IMG/VR virus record: IMGVR_UViG_3300031519_000134
Coordinates: 1 to 31,556 of that record
Strand: one strand, 5' to 3'
From: a virus
Lineage: Duplodnaviria > Caudoviricetes
Length of the DNA stretch: 31,556 bases
The notes beneath the pieces were generated by a model. It had not been told where the DNA came from and made no database searches. It was given only the letters and a program-made list of their open reading frames with translations. Shown here in pieces: positions 18,401 through 26,400 of this stretch (position 1 is its first letter; every line of letters begins with the position of its first letter). The translations under genes were made by a program, and so were the position numbers.

Positions 18401-20152
18401 ACTGCTCCAATTGGTAGTAACGGTACTGCTATAACAAATGGAGCTGTTGGTGGAAGTGGAAATAGAGATGTTGTTTTGTCTTCAGGATCTATAACTGGCG
18501 GAGATCCAACTCCTGGGTCTTCTGTTACAGGAGAAGGCGTACCTCAGTACACTATAGTCGATGAATACGTTATAGCAACAAACACGCTGCGCTGTGAACA
18601 ATCTATACTTGGTGTTGTAGAAGGTACTGTTTTAACATTTACTCAAGGGCCTGGTGAAATTGAAGTAAAAGATGCCGCAGGTGCTCTTTTTAGATTGTCT
18701 GTTGATTCAGGTGTTTCTTTAACTTTTACAGAAACAATAGGAGGTTTTCCCGGTGTTGCAAATGTTCCTGGCATACAATACTTAGCTGTTTATGAAACAG
18801 AACCTGTGGAAAGCTTATTAGATATATTTTGGGAAACAAGCACAGCTGGATTGATAAGCGAATTAAATGACGCTATATTAAACGCTAGTGATGCAGCAGC
18901 CACATTTAGTGACTTTAACACTAATGCATTTACAGAAGGGCTAGTTAGCGGAGCTGCTATTTTACAAGCTCCTTTTCAATTAACAACTACATTTGGAGAT
19001 GTAATAACGGGTGGAACGCTAGTTTTAAACTCTGTTACTGAAATGCTAAATGGGGTTCTGGGTGCAGACGTGCAACTTACTGAGAACGGAGGACCTTTCT
19101 TTACGTTAGACGGATCAGTTACTGATTTTTGGACAATAAAAACAACGCCTGCTTACTATAGTGAAATATACTATTTTAATAATGAAGAAGCTCAAAGAAG
19201 ACAATTTAGATTTAACTTTACAGCAACAGTAGCAGGTCAAGATAATGTTATAAGCCAAGATGCAAATTTAGAAAACGTAGAGCCTGTAATAACCCAATGT
19301 CCTAGCGCAACTATATATACAAATATAAATGCTTCAGGGCCTTTACTTCCGCAACCTGTTAAAGGAGTTAATGGAGCAAATAATGTAAACCTTAGAACTT
19401 TGCAGTGTGATTTTAGCGTAGGTTATGTTAGAAAAGGAGTTGATTCTGCAGCTAATGACGTAACTTCAGATCAATTTTTCTTGCTAAGTCAAACTATAAA
19501 TGGAACGGATAATACAATAGAAGCCCAAATATCTATAAATACACAAAGCCCAACTGAAATAGAACCTGACATATATTATATAAGTTTAGATTTAATAGAT
19601 GGTGGAGACAATGCAACACCTTGCTTAATAGTTATAGACATGAGCTTTTTTATTCCCCCTGGTAATATATGTAATGGCAATATATCTGGAATTTGCCAAG
19701 GAGATGAAGAAGAGGGTTTAGTTAGAGAAGGGGTAACAATTATAACAATTGATTCTAATGTTACCGGCGCGGATCCAGCTACACAGTATGGTGTTTATGT
19801 TTATACTGGAGGTTTTTTTACGGACTATAGCGCATTACCAGATTGTAGTGGTTATTTTGGTCTTGGTACACCTTTAGACGAATATTCAGGCGGCTCTAAT
19901 GCTGTTATAACTATACCTAGAACAATAGCAGATGGCGCTGGCAATGTATGCGTGACAGCGGCTGGAGTACCTGATACTTGCCCTGTTTGGTTTTTTGCTC
20001 CTACGTTTAATTTAGTAGAAGCGTTAATAATTGATTCATATCAATGTAATTGCACATACGGAAACACCGGAGGCTTAGGTTGCGGAACAGGTAGTGGATG
20101 TTCATATCCTACTACCCCAGAAACAAGTTCATCTGTTTTTCAAATAACATAG
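15401..20152 (+). CDS. tail muzzle/nozzle (stabilization) protein, N-terminal part, with inserted beta domains and a Cys-rich C-terminus (1583 aa)
   Basis: N-terminal KMNKDLDARILPNGEYRDARNI and the LFWTDNRNQPRRI propeller motif, as in crAss-like muzzle / P22 gp10-like proteins. Confidence 0.6.
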   Translation: MAKVQNTFLKSKMNKDLDARILPNGEYRDARNIQVSRSEGSKVGALENVLGNKEILNFQTITGVAGLKCIGQLADEINNTVYLYLTTNIKDGYVPSASNFIISHNTLNSQTLILVKGAYLNFSTLNPIYGINILEGFLFWTDNRNQPRRIDTTVANPTGLANPIYYVNEDQISVAKYNPYQCIELYQFSNEAPDNAIPYETTMKDVTSKAFPNGGVGTVAGDGTTGTTTLNILAGNVEGDIVTGSPYGSGATIGYIASLSASIVMIETGGVNATVASSTYVVPTTPVGNPDPPYFTVVITGGNFPTIPVGSSYDIVFNPNPYYNPQFSGDPDYLEDRFVRFSYRFKFENNEYSIFAPFTQTAFIPKQDGYFMYLDEDGLPKVDDQTNTYRSTVASFVENKVDDIKLRIPIPFKNYNLVNNLKIKEIDILYRESDGASVKVVETLDSNFILNAAATCISSQVGGLATFAITGILGGIKVGDSVTGPGLGSGALTTYPAKVLSFAPTDPSNPVAGNITLDQNVTIQSGVTLTINDPDYLVYDYQSTKPFKTLPEFQTTRVYDKVPVRAFAQEISGNRVIYGNYQDKHTPPAAINYNVACTDKNQFSINEIGATASATYTNVNSNIILDITDAKDVSSVVAGMIFFSDSILVNIPEGTFISSVVAGPGGNQVTITLTNNVTIASGDIIILLPGGNVENSTSIIEYPNHSIKTNRNYQVGFVLSDRYGRQSSVILSNNTEELLAPGGGTYSGSTLYSPYISESTEQDIWPGNSLKVLVNDPITTNQYNGDVTSTKYNPTGWYSYKVVVKQTEQEYYNVYLPGIMAAYPDKPTLELGNTSHAVLINDNINKVPRDLTEVGPQQRQFRSSVKLFGRVQNTSVPVTSSIFGDSNKQYYPGRNSDTVSTISTVNDLFDYDPISPNQPDYFPQFYNLNSNPLIARISTQTQIGQVATTNFSPSSATVEQAVDNFWKIPLTSITGEPGVGSNPDLVSGKGIPDNIYVNSFTAPIGSNGTAITNGAVGGSGNRDVVLSSGSITGGDPTPGSSVTGEGVPQYTIVDEYVIATNTLRCEQSILGVVEGTVLTFTQGPGEIEVKDAAGALFRLSVDSGVSLTFTETIGGFPGVANVPGIQYLAVYETEPVESLLDIFWETSTAGLISELNDAILNASDAAATFSDFNTNAFTEGLVSGAAILQAPFQLTTTFGDVITGGTLVLNSVTEMLNGVLGADVQLTENGGPFFTLDGSVTDFWTIKTTPAYYSEIYYFNNEEAQRRQFRFNFTATVAGQDNVISQDANLENVEPVITQCPSATIYTNINASGPLLPQPVKGVNGANNVNLRTLQCDFSVGYVRKGVDSAANDVTSDQFFLLSQTINGTDNTIEAQISINTQSPTEIEPDIYYISLDLIDGGDNATPCLIVIDMSFFIPPGNICNGNISGICQGDEEEGLVREGVTIITIDSNVTGADPATQYGVYVYTGGFFTDYSALPDCSGYFGLGTPLDEYSGGSNAVITIPRTIADGAGNVCVTAAGVPDTCPVWFFAPTFNLVEALIIDSYQCNCTYGNTGGLGCGTGSGCSYPTTPETSSSVFQIT

Positions 20153-20189
20153 GGGTGTAATTTAAAATAAAAATAAGTAATAATTAAAT

Positions 20190-21647
20190 ATGGCTGGAGC
20201 GATAATAGAAGTTAAGTATTTTAATACGTTCTTGTTGAAAAAAACAAGTAAGAGCAGTGAACCTATCTGGAATGGTTCTTTTGGTATTCCCGGCGGCCTT
20301 AATGGTCTTGGTGGTTATCCCGTTGTATCTTCAACAGATACGGATAATTGGGTCATAGAAGAGTCTAGAATTAGAGGTGGTTACAACAACACAACGGTTG
20401 ATTTTGGAGTTAAAGCTTACTTGGTTGAAGACGAACCGAATGCAGCTTTTAGAGTTAATTCTTTAATATATTCAGGTATATTTAATTCAAGAACAGGTAT
20501 AAACCAAACAAATGTTTTTTCAGTTGCTGAAGATATAACTAAGTCTGCAGATCCTGTTAATGGATCTATACAAAAACTTTATGCTGAAGATACTAATCTA
20601 ACTATACTTCAGGAACTTAAATGTTCTAGAGCGCTAATAGACAAAGACGCTATATACTCAGCTGAAGGTGGCGGTACTGTTACTTCTAGTAATTTAGTTA
20701 TAGGAGTTATACAGCCTTATGTAGGTGAATATGGCATTAGTAAAGATCCTGGAAGTTTTGCTGTTTATGGATATAGAAAATATTTTTCTGATAGAAATAA
20801 CAACGTAATATTGCGACTGAGCAGAGATGGCTTAGAAGAAATATCAAAATATGGAATGAATGACTTTTTTAGAGATGAGTTAAACAGCATAGACACTCAA
20901 TTCAGCGTTGGTGAAATTATAGGCGGATATGATATACATAATAGCCAGTATGTTATATCTACACAAGGAAGAAGCGATTATGAAACACTTGCGTTTGATG
21001 AAAAACCAAAAGGCTGGACTAGCTTTTTTTCCTACAAGCCAAGTCAAATGTTTAGTTTAAGAAATAAGTTTTACACTATTAAAGAAAATAAACTTTGGCA
21101 GCATTATTCTACAGACGTTAACAGAGGTAGTTTTTACAGCGTTAACTACAAAAGCTCTATAACATCTGTTTTAAATCCAAACCCTACAAATTCTAAAAAC
21201 TTTCAAACCATTGCATACGAAGGTAGTAATGGCTGGGAAGTGGAAAGCATGATATCAGACTCCACAGGAATGGATAATAGCTCTAACTGGATAGCTACTA
21301 ATGATAGTATTGCTTTTGTTTATAGTTATTATGACGGGGAGTATGTAATAAATCCAGCTACTGGAAATGCGGTTTCTAGGGCTAATTATTTAGCTGTTTT
21401 AGGAACTTCAAATCCACCGTACCCTAGAGAACATGCTGGGTTTGATAGAAAAGAAAATAAATACGTAACAAACGTTGTCAATGTAAGCACCGCTTCTGAA
21501 GGTGAAATAATATGGGGTAATTCAATGAGTGGTATTAAAGGCTTTTATAGCACAGTGAAATTATCAACAGATAACACTACTGATTTTGGAGGTGAAAAAT
21601 CTTTATTTTCAATAGAAAGTTCTTACACAATGAACAATGGATATTAA
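20190..21647 (+). CDS. tail muzzle/stabilization protein, C-terminal-like part (485 aa)
   Basis: GEYGISKDPGSFA..YFSDRNNNVILRLSRDGLEEIS..GWTSFFSY propeller motifs typical of the C-terminal half of this family. Confidence 0.55.
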   Translation: MAGAIIEVKYFNTFLLKKTSKSSEPIWNGSFGIPGGLNGLGGYPVVSSTDTDNWVIEESRIRGGYNNTTVDFGVKAYLVEDEPNAAFRVNSLIYSGIFNSRTGINQTNVFSVAEDITKSADPVNGSIQKLYAEDTNLTILQELKCSRALIDKDAIYSAEGGGTVTSSNLVIGVIQPYVGEYGISKDPGSFAVYGYRKYFSDRNNNVILRLSRDGLEEISKYGMNDFFRDELNSIDTQFSVGEIIGGYDIHNSQYVISTQGRSDYETLAFDEKPKGWTSFFSYKPSQMFSLRNKFYTIKENKLWQHYSTDVNRGSFYSVNYKSSITSVLNPNPTNSKNFQTIAYEGSNGWEVESMISDSTGMDNSSNWIATNDSIAFVYSYYDGEYVINPATGNAVSRANYLAVLGTSNPPYPREHAGFDRKENKYVTNVVNVSTASEGEIIWGNSMSGIKGFYSTVKLSTDNTTDFGGEKSLFSIESSYTMNNGY

Positions 21648-21665
21648 CAACAAAAAAATAAAATT

Positions 21666-22364
21666 ATGATACCATTAGTAGCAGCTGGTATAATCGGCGG
21701 AGCAGGATCTGTACTTAGCGGTCTTTTCGCTAGTGGAGCAGCAGGAAAAGCTAAAAGAGCAGCAGAAAGAGAAAAAGCTAGGCTTCAAAAGAAATTAAAC
21801 CATCTAGAAGCTAATAGGCAAGAAATAATAAATCCTTATGACGCTGTTGAAGATTTAAGCGGTTTAATAAGTAATCCTTTTGCTAATCTATCAGTAGCTA
21901 CTGGGGCTGCAGAAATGCAAATTGAAGAAGCTGACATATCTTTAGCTAATACTTTAGATACAATGAGAGCTACAGGAGCGGGTGCTGGAGGAGCAACAGC
22001 TTTAGCTCAAGCTGCATTGAGATCTAAAAAAGGCGTATCCGCAAGTATTGAGGCTCAAGAAAAATCTAACGAAGATAAAAGAGCGCAAGGACAACAATTT
22101 ATGGAACAACGTCAAGTTGGTGAACAAAAAAGACTACAACAAGCAGATGCTTCAGGTAGAGCTTTTGTATATGGTGAGCAAGAAAAAAGAGAGCAACAGC
22201 AATTAGATAGAACCGCATCTTTAATAGGTATGGCTGAAACCGTAAGGGCTCAATCTCAAGCAGACCAAACAAGTGCAGGACTAAGTATGTTTGGAGGAGT
22301 TACAGATGCTCTTGGTGGAATTGCGGCCGCCGGCGGTTTTAATAAACCACCATCAAATCAATAA
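21666..22364 (+). CDS. putative DNA ejection / internal virion protein (232 aa)
   Basis: Gly/Ala-rich hydrophobic N- and C-termini around a Gln/Ala coiled coil, typical of podovirus ejection proteins. Confidence 0.55.
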   Translation: MIPLVAAGIIGGAGSVLSGLFASGAAGKAKRAAEREKARLQKKLNHLEANRQEIINPYDAVEDLSGLISNPFANLSVATGAAEMQIEEADISLANTLDTMRATGAGAGGATALAQAALRSKKGVSASIEAQEKSNEDKRAQGQQFMEQRQVGEQKRLQQADASGRAFVYGEQEKREQQQLDRTASLIGMAETVRAQSQADQTSAGLSMFGGVTDALGGIAAAGGFNKPPSNQ

Positions 22365-22370
22365 AAAAAA

Positions 22371-23471
22371 ATGGAAAACGAAAATTTATCTAAAAACCTT
22401 TACTTAAGGCAATTTAACGAAAGTAACGCTATTGCTTATAGTAAAACATTTGTATCTAACGCAAGCGACTATAATTTTCAATTATTAGACAATGCTTATA
22501 GAAACGCAGGTAAGATATATGCAAAATTAAAAATAGCAGTTGAAACTAATAAGTGCCAATCAGAACATTGTTCTATAGAGTTATCGCAATTAAAACAACT
22601 AGAAGAAGCTCCTCAAGTTTCTTTAGATTTTTTATCTTCTTTAGTAGCGGATTTAGCTATTACAGACGAGCCTAATTTTGATTTAAATAATGACTATAGA
22701 TATACAGTTGCAAATAGCTTAATGAATGGTAAGCCTGGTTATTCTAAAACAGATGGTTATAATGCTTATTTAGATATTATGCCGGATGGTTCTCAGCAAG
22801 TGGTTTTTACAGGTCCTGCTTTTTACATACCTTTAATTATTAACAGCTCTGCGCTAAATTCATTAACTGCCTCTGGCACTTCACTTATTGCATCTACTCC
22901 TGATATAAACTCTGAAATGCTAAGACTTTTAACTGAGATTGGTGTTTTTGCTGCAGATGCAGTAGATCAAGAAGGAGGATTGAAGCCTGGAGCTAAAATT
23001 ACTGAAGAATATGTAATGATGAATACAGATGGTTCTGTTGATTACGAGATAATAGACTTAGGTAACGGTAAGGGTAGAAACGTGTTTAAATATGACATAG
23101 ATAAAATAGAGAAAAAAGTTACTCCATTTATAAACGCTGAGGTTGCTGGTTTAATGAGCTCTGAGCAAGACGCAGTTGCTGCTTGGAACGTTTATATATC
23201 TAAAGGCACAAGCGTTGAAGAGAACGCTCAAATGGTGCAAGACGCTAACGCTGGGTCATCTAGCTGGAGCTATGAAGAAGACTTACCACTACAGCAAGAC
23301 AAAAAAGTTTTATTTGAAACAAAATACAAAGAATACTTTATGAATAATTATCTAAAACAATTTATTACTAACCAAATACCTACGGTTAAAGAAGATGCAG
23401 CTGTTTTTGATTTAGCAGAAGCTAAAAAGGCAAAGGCTCAGAAGTTTTTAGATGATAACGATTTAAATTAA
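22371..23471 (+). CDS. hypothetical protein, probably internal virion protein (366 aa)
   Basis: Acidic protein between the ejection-like gene and the giant gene; the function call is positional only. Confidence 0.6.
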   Translation: MENENLSKNLYLRQFNESNAIAYSKTFVSNASDYNFQLLDNAYRNAGKIYAKLKIAVETNKCQSEHCSIELSQLKQLEEAPQVSLDFLSSLVADLAITDEPNFDLNNDYRYTVANSLMNGKPGYSKTDGYNAYLDIMPDGSQQVVFTGPAFYIPLIINSSALNSLTASGTSLIASTPDINSEMLRLLTEIGVFAADAVDQEGGLKPGAKITEEYVMMNTDGSVDYEIIDLGNGKGRNVFKYDIDKIEKKVTPFINAEVAGLMSSEQDAVAAWNVYISKGTSVEENAQMVQDANAGSSSWSYEEDLPLQQDKKVLFETKYKEYFMNNYLKQFITNQIPTVKEDAAVFDLAEAKKAKAQKFLDDNDLN

Positions 23472-23476
23472 ATTAA

Positions 23477-26400
23477 ATGAACGAATTACAAGCATACGTA
23501 GATTCACTGCCTTCAATGTTACTTGAAGAGGAAAAAAAGAAACTTGTTAAGCAGTGGAAAATAGATAATAAATGGGGCGAAGAAAAGCCTGAGCCAGTAG
23601 GAACTGGTACTGTTCTTAAATCTGAAGACATAACATACGGAGGAGAAGCAGTGAAAGAGGTTATTGAGGCGGTAAAGACGGAGGGCGATGCAGCGGGTGC
23701 AGGTGTGGAGCCAGTAAAAACAGAAGCACTGGTAGATCTTACGGATTCAGCATCGGAAGATGGTTCATCGGAATTAAAAGAATCTAAAGAAAAAAATATA
23801 TATTCAAGATTTGACACGGATGAAGAGCTTGACAAAAAAAGAGAAATAGCTACCATGTCTTTTGGTGATAAGCTTTTAGTTGATATAAAAAAAGGTAGCA
23901 CGACTCTTGGTGAAATGATAGCTTCTGTTCCCGAAACATTATATGACATTTTTGCTTTACCCCAAAACATTTTAGCTAAAGCAACAGGTTTAAATATAGA
24001 AGCTAGTTCTAAAAAATTCAAAGAAGACAATAGTCTTGGGAATCCAGTATTAGAGTTCTACGAAGCTGAAAGCACTAAACTTGGAGAAACACAAGATATT
24101 TACAATAATGCCAATTATGATTATCAAGGTATTTATAATAATTTTTCAAAAGGAAATTACGCAGATGGATTTAAGCAATTAGCTAGTGGTATAGTAGAAA
24201 GTGCTCCAGTGAGTATGTCTATGATGGTTGGAGGCGCTGCTGTTAGTACGGGAAAACTAGCAGCTGGTAGTACAGTAGCTTTTGCTGGTCCTGAAATAAA
24301 AGAACAACGCGAAAAAAATCCTGGACAATCAGAAGCCGAAAGTATAATAAAAGGATTAGGGCTAGCGGGTGCTGAAAGCGTTTTTAGCTCTATAGGTACC
24401 GGAACAATTGGTAAAGTATATAAAGATATACTTTTAAAAGAAGGAAAAGAAGAAGGTGTTAAAATTTTTAGACAAGGTCTTATTGACATGTATAGATCAG
24501 CACTAACTAAATACGGAGCCCCAGCTTCTATGCTAGGTGAAGGTCTTGAGGAAGTTGCTACTACAATAACGCAAAACATGATAAATGGCGTGCCGGCGTT
24601 TAATAACGTAGCGGATTCTTTTATACAAGGTGTTGGTGGAGGTGTAGTCTATGGAGCGCCAGTTAATGCTGCTCAAGCAAAAAGAGCTATTAAATCAGGC
24701 ATAACTAATTCTAAAATAAATAGCGAGTTAGGTAATTCAAATTATAACAATATTACTGATGCTTTTAACGTTGAAACAAGTACGTCATCTACGGAAATAA
24801 ATATATCTCAAATAGCTGGATCTCAACAAGCTATTGACGCTAAAGTTGATAAGCAGTTAGAAGCTGGTGAAATAACTGTAGATCAAGCTAATAGTGTTAA
24901 GTTAAGAGCTAGAGAAGTTCAAGGATCTGTAAATAGATTAAAACCTTTAAGTATTAGTATAGAAAATCAACCAGCTTTGGTTGACTTAATGATTGAGCAA
25001 AAGAATTTAAAAAATACTATAAAACAAGTAGATAATTCTAGTTTAACAAAAGCAGAGTCTGAAAGATTAACTGAAATAGACAAAGAGTTAAGTGACATAG
25101 TTGTAGCCGACAGAACAGCTAAAGTAGAAAAAGGAGCCAAGGTTATAGCTGAACAAGTTGGAACTGGTTTTGAAACTTTTGATAACGAAGCTGACATGGC
25201 TTCTGCTATAGAAACTTTAAAAGAACAAGGCGGTAAGGTTGATACTAAAAACTCTCAAGACTACGGTAGCTTTGTTGTTATGCCTGACGGTAAAAGAATT
25301 GTAATTTTAAACAAAGAATCTGCAGCTGAAGACAATGTAATGGACACGGCTGGTCACGAGGTTGGTCATGCTGTTTTATTTGAAACTGTAAAAAATAAAC
25401 CCGAAGCTGCAATAGCTTTAGGTACTTCTCTTTTAGAAGAACTAAAGAATAGTAAAGATATTACATTCACAAACTCTAGGTTTTTAGATAGATTTAATCA
25501 GTACGTTGAAGATATAGATATATCTAAAGCAGATACTATGGAAGAGGTTTTAACTCTTGCTAGTGAAGGTTTAAGTAATGGTGATATAGTTTTTAATGAA
25601 AAAGCTTCTACTAAAATAGGTGATTTTATACGTAGAGCTTTAAGCGCTATGGGTTTAAATGTTAAGTTTAAAACTGGAAAAGATGTATTAAACTTTGTTA
25701 GAGACTACAATAGAAGCGTGCAAAAAGGTAAAGGTCTCTCTAAAGGTCTTGAAAAAGCAGCTACAAAAGGAGCTGAAGTAGATATAAAAATTCCAACAGA
25801 TATAGAAGCTGAAGTTGCAGATGTTGTAACTAAGGAAAGTAAAAAAGATACAGGCGTTGAAGCGTCTGCTAAAGTGCAAGAAATATACGACACGCAAGGT
25901 GAAGATGGAGCTTTGGATATTATAGAACAATTTAAGCCTATAGTAAAAAGAATAGTAGAAAAAAGAAGTGAAGCACCTAATTTTGATCGTCAACTTTTAA
26001 CAGACGAAATTGAAACAGGTAAGCGTGGAATATTTGATTTAATAAAAGAATATAAGCCAGAGTCAGGTGTGCCACTAGCTGCTTATATAAATAAGTTTTT
26101 ACCAGCTAGAGCTATTGAAGCTTCTCAAAGAGTTTTAGGTGAAGAATTTACTAGCGACGTTACAGAAGCTAGAAACGTGATGGCTGAAGAGGTCGAAACT
26201 GAGGTTGCTGCAAAGCCTACTACTAGAAAAATAAAACCTAGCTCACTTATATCTAACGATGCAGCAAGTAAGATTAAAGAACAAGTACAAGATAAGATTA
26301 AAGGCATCGATACTAAAAACTTAACGTTTAAAAAACTAGGTGACTTAGCTCCTGAAATTATTGCAGCTGAAATTGGAATACCAGTTAAAAAACTAACTAG

